DNA from: Tubiluchus corallicola
Taxonomy: Eukaryota; Animalia; Priapulida
Direction: 5' to 3'
DNA: 64,000 bases
Assembly (NCBI GenBank): GCA_030141605.1
Contig: JAQGDQ010000268.1
Coordinates: 143,305 to 207,304, forward strand
Part shown: in pieces, positions 13,001 to 26,229 of the stretch
How the letters are laid out: each line of letters opens with the position of its first letter
Numbering within the stretch: the stretch's first letter is position 1
Program-made: the position numbers and the translations under genes
Notes under the pieces: model-generated
Told to the model about the DNA's origin: nothing
Databases searched by the model: none
Seen by the model: only the letters and a program-made list of their open reading frames with translations

Positions 13001-16000
13001 ACATTTCAACCCCAAGTTCATTGGGTACTTGTTACTTGTAGCCATATTTGTATAGTATGCCTAGAGTGAAATTCTTTAAGTCTCTAGGTTCATTGGTTGT
13101 GTTTGCGCCTACACTCAGTTAAAAACTTTTCAGTATTATTACTACATTAAACATATGCTTGACAATCCATCAGGAAAAGGTCAAAATGCATCACACACAC
13201 CTATTTTAACAGTAGGCTTTAATAAGCTACTAGTGTGTCTATTAATTGAGAATTGTAATTAGTATTACTGATTGTAATGTCACTTCATGCTATAGATACA
13301 TACGCAAGATAACACAACTGCAAAACTGCTATTAAAGTATAAAATCATTTGTAAAATAACTTGTCTTGCTTGGCTAATCTGATGTATAGCAAAATTTAAA
13401 ACCTTAATATTACTCAATAAATTTAGTGCAGCAATAAGCAAAATAACACCAAAATTAACAAGAATAGTTTATTACTACAGTGACAGCCGTTTATTAGACT
13501 CTCGGTTAATAGACTCAATCGCTTAATTGACTCAAAAACACCTGGTACGGGCCGCTCCTATTCAAATGTATGTAAAAGCTGTTGGTAACTGACTCAAATA
13601 ACTCCACATAGTTGACTCAATATTTTTACTTCATGCTCTTAAAATGAGATGTGTATGTAACCAAAGAGCTTTTATTGCTTTTGTCATCTTTTCGTCGATT
13701 TTGTCCACCATAAAATACGTAGAAACAGTCACGTTAGATACAGCCTTGTTTGTAAGCAGATACAGTACATTTATCATATGCGTAATAGTAGTAATAATTT
13801 ATCATATGCGTAATAATATGTGCATATGTTGGCTTGCGGTTTTGCTTTGAATCTGTCACCCGCTTATCCACTGCAATTGACCTCGTTATTTCCGGAAGTT
13901 AAACATTTAGTTACTTGTCAAGCGGTTTGCTTTTGACATTCCTGCTGCTTTTCACGAGGTCATCACCAATTGAGCTCAAGCACTAAGTGACTAGGTGTTT
14001 TGTGTGAACATGTACAGAATAGAGTGACAGATTTTCAATGTTTTTATCACTATGAGAATTTCATAAACCAACATCTTTGTGAAGAAATGAAGCAACCGAC
14101 TGCGCATGAATTTTTGTAATTTTTAATGGTAATAATCAGATTTTTGGGATTTTTTTCTTTTTCTTATTAATTCACTCATATAAATTATGCTTCTTAAATA
14201 ATCGCACATGAGCATTTTTGACATTAATTCGTTCCTAAAATTCATTTAAAGCCTTTGCGATGCATACTAAGGTGATGAATGATGACTCATAATTGTATAG
14301 TAGTAATATACTAAACTTTTTGGCTAATTGAATCAGTCGGTTAATTGGATCAAAACACTTCCGTCTCAAAGTGAGTCTACAAGTGACGCCTACTTTATTA
14401 AACAGAAATTTGACAATCTATTAAGCCTTAGATTACTCTGACTTCAAATTTGATTTGAAGTTCAACATGACCCCATGAACACGACTTAGGACTTGACTCA
14501 GATGTAGACAATGGGAGACATGACTCGAAACTCCAGTCGAACACTGGACATAATGACTCAAACTTGAACCCCAAGGACTCAACTTGGAATGAGCGGGAAG
14601 ACTTGACTACAACACTTGCTTACATAGCTTTAATCCACAGGTTTATACTTCAAAATACGAAAGTACTACACATATTTACAGACAAGCATACAGTTATGCG
14701 AGTACCTGGCGGGTTACTTAGCTTACAGAATTCAGCTTTAGCTTTTAAAGTCATTATTCTGTTACTTTGACGGCATTAACTAGCCATGGTGGATGTTATT
14801 ATTAAATTATCATCGGTGACTGGTTTTCATTACATAATGGGTAACGTGAGTCATCAAAAAGCAAAAAAAGTATTAACCATCTCTCATTTAACGGTTTAGA
14901 TTGTTTGTCGTTGATAATAGTAACTGCATCTACAAAAAGTTTGCTGAAGTACCTAGAGGATTGAGTGTTTATACGAGCACACCCAAATTTCAATTGATCA
15001 CAGCTTTAAATTGGTTTTACTAATTACACAAGGCACTTAGGACAATTTTACTGTTTAAACTTTCTAACATTTTTCTCAGATATTAAAATAAACTCAACTT
15101 CCTGAAATACTTGGTCTTTGCGTTAAAAATTAAAATCTTTTCTTCTTTGGGACCTCATTTGCACGTTAAAAAATGCTAGAAATGTTTTCCTAAGCATCTA
15201 AAATGTATGGAGTTAAATAGGCTGTCAGTCTACTTAGTTTTCTGTTTTCTTTTCCTTTTGAACCGCACATTAAATCAGACACTATACACGCTCAAGCTCA
15301 AAAAGTCGTTGATAGAGTGCATGGAACAAACTCTGTCATGACGCTTCACCGTCCAGTTTTTCTCATTTATCATACAATCATACCTAAGAATCTACTGTTC
15401 TTTTACGATTTTATCTGTTGGAAAACATAAAAAGGTTACTCTCTGCCCAAAGCGTTGTTTGAACGGCACTTCAGAAAACAGAAAATTAACCACGATGCAA
15501 TAATAAATCAGCCCAGCGCGAGATACACAAAACAACCTGGCAGTGAGACACGTAAAAAGCAGGAATGAGCAGAAAACAGAAAATTAACCATGATGCAATA
15601 ATAAATCAGCCCAGCGCGAGATACCAGTGACATCACACTAAACCTTTTGCATGCTGTGCCTCAACAAAAATTTACATCTACAAAATATAGAAAATATAGT
15701 GCATAGCAGTAGGTGTGGATAAAGACACAATTTGAGCTTAAAATTAGAAATGCCTTCAGTAGTGTTTTAACAGTGATTGCATTGAAACCTGGGTTACTTT
15801 GACTAGAAACCTGTTTTGAAATTAAACTACAAAAAGAATATGACTTGAAATTCGACTCAGACTTAGACAAAAGACCTTGAAACTCAACTTGCAGTGAGCA
15901 TGATGACTCGAGGCTCAACTTGGACTTGGGTTGCAGAGACTTGACTCGGACTTCAACCCCAGGGCTTGAGAGTTGACCTGGACTTGATTTGAAAGACTTC

Positions 16001-19000
16001 ACTACAACACTGCCGCAGGTATGAGGCCAGAGGGAAAAAACTGAATTGATAAGCAGTTGTTCTGCATCTAGGGTCAAACTCTGTAGTCCGGAATGTGAAG
16101 CATTGGGTTACTCGCTTGCTGAACGCATGGCTATATTACTCGCACATTTGTAAAATGTACAATTGCCCAAATGCCTAGAGTAAAACATCATTTATCATTG
16201 TCATCGTCAATTTTTCGTAAAAATTTAGAATACGCATCGTTTGACTCATAATGACTACATAACAGAGCGCCAAGTTATGTATTACATTAAGAACAACAGC
16301 AACAACGAAAACGAAAATGATAACATCACAGCAAACCAGACCTCTTTATAGAGTTACTTCGTAAACTAGTAACCAAATATGAGAAGCAACACAAGGCCCA
16401 AACTGACAAGGTAGATAACTACTAAGCTATGAATAATAATACTTCTATAAAATCGTATGATAATTACTAACCTGCTGTAGTTATTAGTGAAGCACGCCCT
16501 CTACCGAGGCACAATGCAGTCAACATGGCAGCACTCTCTTTCTCGATCTTTCCAGTGTTTTCAGTACCCAGTAATTTTGACATCATTTCTGACTTAGACT
16601 GGTTTTCCCCATGCGGAATCAGAGCATTTTGTCCAAATATGTTTGCAGCAATTCTTGTAGCAGTAGGCAAGTTATCTGTAAAGCAAAAATGAAGAGCACA
16701 ATGTACATGCATTATATATTTTAGAAATGTGTGCTTGCATGGCAAAATCGTCCATAAGTCGGCAATTAAGTTTTTCTAGTTATTCATATATTTTGAATCT
16801 CCATTTCATGAGGATCATTTTGATACCAAGTTCATCGCTCTATGTTATTTCTAAGCTGAGATAACCCACATTAAAGTTGACGTGCAGGTTATGCACTGAA
16901 AAACTTAATCTTGAGAAAATCGCAGTTAAAATCAGCCATTGTTTTTGTTGCGTCTCTACAAAGCACTTAGCAACCGTACAAACTTTGGTTGCTACAGACT
17001 TCGCGTACTTTGAAGTTATGTTTAAATCCAGTAGATGGCTCTTCCTGACGAAGATCTGGGCTTGGCAACAGAAAAAATCCGAGGCAAAATGACAACTTGC
17101 AACACGAGCTACAATCTGAGTTTGAAAATGCAAGGTTTTTTACAATTGCATTACTAGTTTCTAGATAGAAAAGTGGGTAAGGAGTTATAAAATGAAATTT
17201 TTAGTGTTTTTTTGAACACTTTTTTGATAATTTGATGCTAGAATATAAAAGTCTAATATATTTAGCATTTGCTTTTATATACGAAAAAAATTTCAATATG
17301 AAAAATTGACATTTGACCAAATTTTTGGGTCATTCTACTTTGAAGCATCATAATGCAGTTTTAACTATGCCAAGCACACAAATACAGAAAATGGCTATAC
17401 ATGTACATAGTTTAATGCACAAGTTGTAAGTTGTCAGCTAACTGTTTCATTTAATTCACATCTTGAAGCTGCTAACTATCCACACCAGCCACAAACTAGA
17501 CTTCATGTGCGTTTAACCATGGCCAAGAGCAAATGTCTTTGTAATTAATGCACTACATTAAAACTACACGTTAACAGTCATGTCAAATAGCACTGCAGTG
17601 AATGAATGACTTGGTATAATTACCGGTAGCAAGAGTAGGCATACTTTTTCCTTGCAAAACCTGTAATTAACAAAAAGTTAATTAAGTATTTACATGCAAA
17701 TTCCAACGTGAAAGGGAAAAAGTTAAAGAAGCATCGTCTAGTGTGTATTAAAGTGAAACACATCCTTTTGTACCTAAAATTTGCTTACAAGTTTATCAAG
17801 CCAGAGACTGACAAAATGAATGAAATTGCTAGCGAAAGCTGTGATGACCTAGTTATTATGGTGCTGGGCTAGTTAGCAATCCATTCACATCCAGTTTTTC
17901 TGACAGAACTTTCTGACTGCCACTCTAGGCCTATTCAGTCATAAATAAGTAGCTAGTCATGTACTGGGGAAGAAAGATTGTTAAGTAATCTGCTAGCATC
18001 TTGTCTTCTGTATGTGCTGTGGCTTCATGCACAAATGACATAACTCCCTATTCCCTATGCTCCACTACAAGACCTGAACCATTCTTCCTTCTTCTTTTAA
18101 ACTGGCATATTCCAAACCACGCAACAGATGTTAGCTATTAGTTATACTTACTCTGGGAGGAGCCATCGGTTCTCTCAACATTGGTGAGGTGACCTGCTGC
18201 TCCTCAGAATCCTGATTTTCCTCATAGTCAGAATCTCCCGGCTGAGGGTCAGGAGGACTAACAAAATTAACGCAAAAATTGTTAATCGTTATATCAATTA
18301 ATCAGTTGCTAATTAACTAGGATGTTAATCTCGTGCTGCTAATCAATTATAGTGTAACGAACAATTTTGTATAACGTTTACTTCTTTCGTAAAATAATTA
18401 AAATTTAACACGTACTCATTTGCCAGACCTGTACAATTACAGACAGTTACACCAGTAGCAAAATAACACGTGTCTTTCATATACTTCAATACACCAACAA
18501 AACTTATTGTGATATTCTTCATTTGAAATTTGCAAATGATTATAAAGCTTCCCAAAGGAAAAATTCATTGCTGCTATTTCATGTGTGTAAAAGTCAACTT
18601 CATAAAATATCGCAACACCCTGCCGGTAATTTTATTAACAAACACTCAAAAACTGGTCAGCGACAGCGACAGCAACGACTGAAAATACTTCAAACCGAAA
18701 AGCTTACAGTCCTTGTTGAATGCGTTCATTTCTCTTTCTTATGGCCTTGTGGTACTTGCGTTTCTCCAATGGAGTCATTCTAAAACAAAAACAGAAATGT
18801 TAAGAGCTATTTCAATCACCAGCTCTCAACCATGTTTTGTATTATCAGTTCAAGCTAAAATTACCTTGGACCAACTTGTACAGGTAAAACCCAGGTTTGG
18901 TCTTCAGGCTTCTGTTACATGTATAATATATTTGTTTTACATCATTTTCGATTGTTTCCGCCTTTTCAGCAAAGAAGTATTCTGAAGAAAGGAAGATTTT

Positions 19001-19095
19001 TCTGTTTTTGTTAGCTGGGATAAGCTGATCCCAATACAACAATGATGGACAAACATACATGCGGGGATATCTTCCTTTCTCCTTTTAACTCCCCC

Positions 19096-19130
<35 letters not shown>

Positions 19131-22123
19131 TCCCTGCCTCGCTCTCCTGCTTTTTTCTTCTTTGCAGCTTTTTCAGACCTCAGAATCACTTACTCGTTTA
19201 TGTTTTTGAAGAGAATTTCCGGTTTGTTCAGAGATTCATACTTTGCTCTTAATGTAGGATCATCTCTGATTGCAGGATTTACGTGTGGCACCGGTGGAAG
19301 CACGGGAGGATCTGAAAAAATTTTGAAATTAATAAAAATTTACAAACTTGATATTATTCATTTCTAAAATATCGCGAACTCAAATTCACAATGTCTGGAT
19401 AAATCTGCAACATCTTGGTTATTGCCTTTAGCTTAAAAATTCAAAATGCTAAGCAGCAGTAAATTCCGTCTAGCAAGAAATCATTTGTGTGATCTCAGAT
19501 TACTAAAATGATCCAGATGTAAGGCAATACTTACGCATGTCCCAGTTTTCACTGTTTTCAATTGGAGGTGGATCTCTGTAAGCTGGCAATTTAGTGTTGC
19601 CATGAGCACTGGAATCGTCTTCATTTTGAAATGCTAAACAATGTTAACTTATAAGTCATACCATAAGAATACAAATATATACATATATGTGTGTGTGTGT
19701 GCATGCGTGCGTGCATGCGTATGTGAAGGTGTTAATAAAACATATAAAAAATAATACAGCAATCAATGGTTATCGCAAATGGTATATCTACATTTACACA
19801 CTCTCCCTTGCTTTAAATTATTATGTCCTTAGTCATTCTGCCCTCAACAAACTGATTTATCTACTGTTACACATTAAAATTATATAGTTGAGTGAAACAT
19901 AAATTAAACGTATGAAATTTACTTTAATCTAAAAATCCCAGAACACTATAAAGTAATTACATATCACTAGAAACTTTAAGTGCACATCACAAGAAGACTG
20001 TGAAGCATAAGACTAGCATTCCAAAACTGAACTTATTGGATGTTGTAACCAGACCTCAAAAGCAGCGGTGACAGAGAAAAGGTTTAACAATGCATCATCG
20101 GTCTTGGTCAAAAATTAACATTGTAGTCGCAATATTAAATACGTAAATGTGCATATTAGTAGAGTTTACACATAATAATTCAAACAAAGGGACTGTATTA
20201 TAATAGTATAAAATAAAGATTATTATTATTATTATTAGGTCAAAAATGACTACATTGTCTACATTTGTCTACATAGTACAGACAAAAAACCCACTACATA
20301 AAAATCTCTACCTGCTCCCTTGTGAGCCTAGACCACACCAGCCTTGGAGACATAACGCAATATAATTGAGTGGAACAGTCGCTTAAAATGCCAAAACAAA
20401 TGAACTCCTGCTTTCAAAAAATTAAAACTCTCAAGGTTTTTGTTTACAATTAAAGTAATAAACCATGAAGCTTTTAACTTTTCACTTTCACTACTTCAGC
20501 AAATACTTCCCTCACCTCTTCAGGGCAATGTAACAAGATGCAAAAAAAGAATAAATGTAGAAACTGGTGTCACAAAACAAAACTAAAAATGCAGGAATTT
20601 AACACGTGAATCAATTTCATTAATCTCAGTTAATCACTATAATTTCAGTAATCACTACAATGCTGTGCAAACTATTTCAGCAATAGATGCAAATACAAAG
20701 ATGAGAAAATCAAATTCCCATTTTACACGTGGTTCCCGTAGAAAGCTAATTTAGCGAAAAATAGTACTGTTATAGCCTTATAGGGTTGATTTCTTTATTT
20801 TTTTCTCTGAAGTATTTCCTGCTTCTTGTTTTGCACGAACCATCACCACTAGGACATTAACTTAGTAATTGCCTGTACCAAGTGGCACTTCATTAGGGTC
20901 ACCTAGTTAACATGCTTAATGATAAAACGAAGCATTTTTGCTGTTAAAAAAGGTAACGAAAAGCTGACACAGGGGCAGTAACTCACTGGCAGTCATTCAG
21001 TAAACTCTCTGACTAGCTCGCACTTATCTCTGGCAAGGCAGACTCTTGAACTGCTTTTAAGTTTGGCGGACTTGACTTGTTGGAAAAAGTTATCTCTCAT
21101 CACCTATCTTTTGTCATGGTAATATATTTGGAACAGAGAGGTTAGAAAATGGAGCTATCTTAAAATAAACAGACGTCAAATGCTAAACCTGCAGTACAGT
21201 GTTTTTTCTTACCAACTAAATGTACTATCAATTGATTGTCGAAGAAACAGTTACAAAAGGATACAATAACAGCATGAGCACTTGACTGTCATATTTACTC
21301 TGAATTTTATCCATTAATACTATTTGCTTATTATTTACTAACTATTGCTACTAGCTTACCGAGCTCTCTTTCTACAATAGCCTTATCCGGACAGTTTGCA
21401 ATGTGATGACGGTAGACGTTTTTCAAAATAATATGCCGTGCATTGAATGGACATGTCTGATGATCAGAACCCGGATGATTCTGTAGAAAACATTATATTG
21501 TTAAAACAAAGTTGTGTGTAACTGTTCTATAAATGCAAAAACACAAAGTAATTACTCCACTGACTGTAATAACAATTAGCGAAAGATGGCGAGCTGACTT
21601 TTGCATCACTACTAGCTTCGCTAACATCTCTTTGCTCTTCTCTCTTTTTTCTCACTCACCTCCTCTCTCTCTCTTCCTCTCCACTCTCTCTCACTCCTGC
21701 TCTCACACATACACCCACTCACCTCTCACACTCACTTTCTATCTCTCTCTCTCTCTTTCTCTCAGTCTCATTGCCCTCCTCTCTCTCTGTTCACCAATCT
21801 AGTCATTCATCTCTACCCAGTAAAATCTATAGCACAGATTAAGCATTAATCACTAAAAGCATTAACTTCTAATTGAAAAGCAGTATTACTGTCGTAAGGC
21901 AGTACAGTGTATCAATGAACAACAAATGCAAAGGCATTGCTGACTTTTGCCGCTTCTTATTACTAAGTATGTATTCAATTGAGCACCTAGTCTGGTATTC
22001 ATTTATGCATACCTTACGACATTTCACAAGATGATATGGCATTCGACTTGCACGAATCTGATGCACTGGATCATACGGACATGTTATAAGTTCTGAAGGG
22101 TCGGGATTAAGGTAGTGCGACAT
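10035..22123 (-). CDS. GTSF1: Gametocyte-specific factor 1 (GTSF1/Asterix/Cue110 family piRNA cofactor), about 332 aa, 11 coding exons
   Basis: Two CHHC zinc fingers ([21 protein letters not shown]; [21 protein letters not shown]) and a downstream ENWD motif. GT-AG exons with consistent phase: 22013-22123, 21360-21480, 19535-19633, 19194-19311, 18708-18779, 18152-18257, 17624-17660, 16472-16675, 12451-12480, 12119-12205, 10035-10048 (sum 999 nt, ends ADDV*). The first three exons are secure by homology; the later ones rest on splice signals and frame continuity. Confidence 0.88.
10478..10673. repeat. About 60-bp diverged direct repeat inside a transposon remnant
   Basis: ttgaatttaaaattgcgaatcgaaaacctgactccgtcaattgatgcg recurs as ttgaattcaaaattgcggatcgaaaatccgactccgtcaattgatgcg. 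Confidence 0.7.
11050..11940. mobile_element. Foldback/MULE-like element with long degenerate inverted arms
   Basis: 11050-11180 (units like ttgccagaaaattttacagaaaa) is the reverse complement of 11810-11940 (ttctgtaaattttctggcaaaa); the arms are built from short subrepeats. Confidence 0.55.
13478..14395. mobile_element. Tigger/pogo-like non-autonomous element in a GTSF1 intron
   Basis: TA|CAGTGACAGCCGTTTATTAGACTC ... GAGTCTACAAGTGACGCCTACTT|TA; subterminal GGTTAAT..GACTCA repeats; diverged TIRs. Confidence 0.6.
14435..14617. mobile_element. GACTTGAC-rich terminal fragment of a hAT-like element
   Basis: Array of GACTTG/GACTCG motifs ending GACTACAACACTTG; same family as 15840-16012. Confidence 0.55.
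15472..15624. repeat. 55-bp direct repeat (1 mismatch) with 43-bp spacer
   Basis: cagaaaacagaaaattaacca(c/t)gatgcaataataaatcagcccagcgcgagatac at 15472-15526 and 15570-15624. Confidence 0.9.
15840..16012. mobile_element. GACTTGAC-rich terminal fragment of a hAT-like element
   Basis: GACTTG/GACTCG arrays ending CACTACAACACTG (reverse complement is a CAGTGTTGTAGT terminus). Confidence 0.6.
16728..17380. mobile_element. About 650-bp MITE with TGTGTGCTTG termini (copy 1)
   Basis: Starts TGTGTGCTTG, ends CAAGCACACA; colinear with the reverse complement of 52161-52760 along its length. Confidence 0.8.
19096..19132. repeat. (TC)n microsatellite
   Basis: ctctctctct run with one interruption. Confidence 0.9.
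21628..21790. repeat. CT/CA-rich low-complexity tract
   Basis: Degenerate (CT)n/(CA)n; explains spurious ORF 21533-21802. Confidence 0.85.
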
Positions 22124-22315
22124 TGTCTCATTAATAAGATGTCACTGTATGTAATGAATGACTGTCTTGTACTGAAAGAAATACAAAATAAATAGACTGA
22201 CACAGACTGAGCGGCATGGCACAGTAACACTGTAGAAGTTCTTCTTCATGATGTTACCATGCCTCAGCCATAGCTCTTTTTGCAACGCTACATGTGTTAA
22301 ATGACGCAGATTTAT

Positions 22316-22444
22316 TTCAATTCAATTCAATTCATTTATTAACTCCGCTAGAATGATAAAAATACAGTGTCAAGAATACATGCAATATTTCGAAGCAAAG
22401 GAGAAGGGCAGCAAAGAACCCGCAAGTTATCAAGTCAGCTACCC
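22316..22444 (-). mobile_element. LINE 3' end (stem-loop, AATAAA and (TTGAA)n tail)
   Basis: Minus strand reads GGGTAGCTGACTTGATAAC...TTGCTGCCC hairpin, then AATAAA followed by TGAATTGAATTGAA repeats, the usual L2/CR1-group 3' architecture. Confidence 0.55.
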
Positions 22445-24248
22445 TTAAATAGCTATGATTAAATAAAATTAATTGTGGCATCATTCTCAATTTAAATTTG
22501 TATTCGGTTGATGTGTGTATTTGGCAATTAAATGATAGGTATCGTAATACTGTAGAACATATAGTTTAAATAATGAAAGATTTACAATTCTAAAATACTG
22601 TGAATCATGCGAAGCAAACACAATAAAAATAACTTTAGATTTTTAACATAACAGAATATGCATAATTTGAGCATTAACTAAAAAATCCGGCAAAAAAACA
22701 AAAAACAGTAGAATGATCAACCAAAGCTGTCGAGAAAAAAATATAATAGATTAAACCAAGGAAAAATAAGGCAAATATAAAGCATACAAAATTATGATTA
22801 TGTTAAATAGATATTTAACAGCACTATACTTAGAACTTCTAGAAACCAATTCAATTCAATTCAGTTAAAGTCACCACATTCAAGCTACAGCATAGTGTAT
22901 TATTTACCATGCATTAAAATATAAACTTCGTAAAAACAATATCTAGTTTACAAATTATAATTCAGTACTATATATTGCAAACCAGGTACTGGAGATAGTA
23001 CTGCCTTGAACTAATGGGCATCACATCCATATAAATAATACTAAATTCTAAGTCAAAAAGAGCATTGAACTTTAAAAAAATATCACAAATGAATAGGAAA
23101 TAGGCAATAATAAACAAGTACAAAAAATGTACACCAACAGAAAGACAACAAAACAAATTCAGTCAGACGATAATATATGTTCCCAGAACAATATTCATTT
23201 TGAAAAATAAAAAAAAAATTATCAATGCAATGTGCTTTTCCTCAAAGTAGGCACAACTTGCCATCAATGCAGTGTGCTGTATGACAAAATAGTATAGCAG
23301 CAAAAAGGCTAATTTGTAAAAAAGGGAGTGACGTCATTTTGCTTATCGTCTGGCAAAGAAACTATGGCCAGAAGTGCAGATTCTCACTCCATATACTAAC
23401 CTTCTGGTCTCGGAAATGTCAGTTACTTGCCTAAAGTGGTTCTGCTTGAATGGCTAAAGTGTTTTCCTAACAACCGGAATGCGTATGCATTATGGGGTGC
23501 AGAATAGATAAAATCGGTTTATACTGTTTTCAATACACCTGTTTGTCAGACACAGGGTCTGATATTTTTTCTGCCACTATTTCTTATTGATTTTTTATTC
23601 TGCAAGTAGATAATGCATACTTATAGTGCGCACTTAAATGATGGTATTCAGAAGACATTTTTGTTGTTTTTAAGCATTTTTTGATTTCATAAATTTATAC
23701 TATCATTCTGATGCACTTGCAATGGTAATGTATGCCATGGCATGAAAACTAAGTCTTCGGATTCTATTATGAAAATTTGATGAATAGGTTTAAATTAACG
23801 TGTTTAAGTTTATTTTATTGATGACATCTAATAGCAATGAAAAATGTAAAAAGTCTCTGGATTATTACTGACTAACAGCCGAAGATCACTTCTACAGTGA
23901 TCCCACAGACTGGAAAAATTAGGCATTATTATTAAGAAGAGAAAGGCTTGCACCATAAGTGTCTACTGGAAACGGTAGAGAAGCCGCCGTGTAATCACGA
24001 TAAAACAACTACTCACTAATGTAATTAAAGTAATCACGATATTAAAAAACAACTGCTGCACAAAAACACGGAGGTGTCTGAAACAGACTATAAATGCGAC
24101 CTGATTCTTCTTCACTTTGTGACGTTAAAACACTGTCTTCTGAAAAGTGAAACTTACACTTAAAGTCACACGCCTACTAAAGATTAAATCAAAATTTACA
24201 CTAAAAATGTAGCTAAATGCAATAACGCTGAGAAAGTGTTTAACTAAC

Positions 24249-24330
24249 CGAGACACAAAAAACCACAAGACTAAACAAATAAACCAGCACACCACTCACG
24301 ACTAGACACGTTTTTGTACGTGTACTCTGT
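24249..24330 (-). other. Candidate non-coding first exon / TSS region of GTSF1
   Basis: Minus-strand donor TCTCG|GTTAGT near 24248 in a relatively CpG-rich patch; the matching acceptor tttctttcag lies at 22172-22173, upstream of the GTSF1 ATG. Confidence 0.4.
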
Positions 24331-26229
24331 GAACTGTTTACGCGGAAGCACACAAAATCTTGGGGCGCGGTGAGCAAAAGAAGTTTCTCTTTCTTCGCGA
24401 CTGTGTCACTTACATGCTTACTATGCAGAAAATCACGATGTACACATCAAAATCCTTGTAAACGAAAAAGTGAAGAAAAGAAGTGTAAAGAATTACATGT
24501 TTCAGAGAGAGAAGTGAAAAATGTAGATCATTATAATTATCACTGAAATTATCACTGTTAAAGCGCGCAGTCCGTATCCAACAAATTTATTTCTATAATG
24601 CTTTTACTGGGATCATATTAAGTTTCCGTTCTGTTATTGTACACCAATCTTCTCATCGCACTCTATTACGTATTTCTTTGGCTTTTTCCACTGCACAAAT
24701 TTATTTCTTCAATATTGCAATTATGTTTTTTGGCAACAACCTTCATGATTCATCTTTTAAGTATTTTTGGATCGCTTCATTAACTTTTTTTACATCTAGA
24801 TTTTTTCCAGTTTTAACTGATTTTCTGCTACAGTTGAGTTGTACCTACTAACAAGTTTATCTACATTGTCTGTCCAACTAGTCCAATTACTTAGTATCTC
24901 ACTTTTTTGCACGCTCATTAATTTCTTTGCATATCTATTACTCGACGACACATGTGAGGAGAAGTTAGGGTTAAGCATTAATGTGAGGGGAGCTGTCTAA
25001 TACAGACTATTCCTTGAACTTTTACTTAAGGGAGTTTTGTGAAAATAAATCACGCAAAGAAAAATACTTTAATTAATGGTGGAATATCGCGAAAATCAAG
25101 TTTAACTTAAACATCGAATGTTCTTAGCCACATTAACTGCTTATAATGCAACCGATGTTTCATTGTCCACATTCCACAAATCAGTAACATGCCCCAGTAA
25201 CTTGTACTCATTCTTTGTTTCGATGTTCCCTATGTTATTTGCATTTGTCTAGATTCCATTCTTGCCATTACTTCCATATTTGTTGTCAATGTAGTAATAG
25301 CCATTGCTTCATACACTAATAATCGAAAGAAAAAACTGTCTAAAGAAAAAAACAAAAAAACAATAATTGTAAAATTAGATTCAACATTGTCTGTTCAAAT
25401 GGGGGAATATTAATTACTATACTCCATTTGTGCAGAAAATCTTACTAACTCATTATGAAATAATTCGTTTTATTTTATTTTTTGTTATGTGGTACATGCT
25501 AATTCATACAATTAGTCTTTTCACAGTTTTGTTGTATTCAAACGCAGTTGCTGTAAGTCAAAGGTGTTAAGTGTACACAAATGCAAGTAGCAAGTAGGAC
25601 ACTTGCAGCTTCCCTCACTCTTTTAACTTTACATTGCCAATTTTGTCAAATCTTTAAAAATTCTGTCAAATTTTCCGAATTTTATTAAAAAATTGTGCTT
25701 GTTGGCTGAGTTGCCATCAGTTTGACGACATACCGTGGATACACACAATCCTGTAGACCAAATTGGCAGTATACTGTCATCAATAAATAGCGCCAGTGTG
25801 CAAAATCAAAAACACGTATTTTGTTCACATAGTGAAACAGATCACCTGTCTGTGAAATGAGACAAAATAAAAAATGTTATACCTTAACCAAATGTTGCGT
25901 CGTCGAAAAAGTGGGCTTATTTCACTTCAAAAAGATTAATCTCGAAGCCAAATTTAATATTGCTCCTTCAGCTAGCTCAGAATGAGATTCTTTTATTTTA
26001 TTTAATGTCTAATAAATTATTCAAAGTGCATTAATGGACCTTTTCAATTATTATTGTTAAACACACAATGGACAACGGACGCTGCCACTACAGGTAATGA
26101 CTCAATTCATGACCTGTCCTACTTGGGCAGCCCATGAACGATGTACCCTCCTTAGGTTAGCCCACGTATGATGCATCCTATGTATGCTAGCCCATGTATG
26201 GCAATTGTGAATAGTCGGCATTAGGTTTT

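Noticed and set aside
15472-15624. CRISPR-like repeat-spacer-repeat
   Set aside because: Only two 55-bp units, inside a eukaryotic intron, with no cas genes.
24500-24980. Minus-strand ORF remnants between GTSF1 and YTHDF
   Set aside because: Multiple stops and no recognisable motif; probably old transposon debris that I cannot classify.
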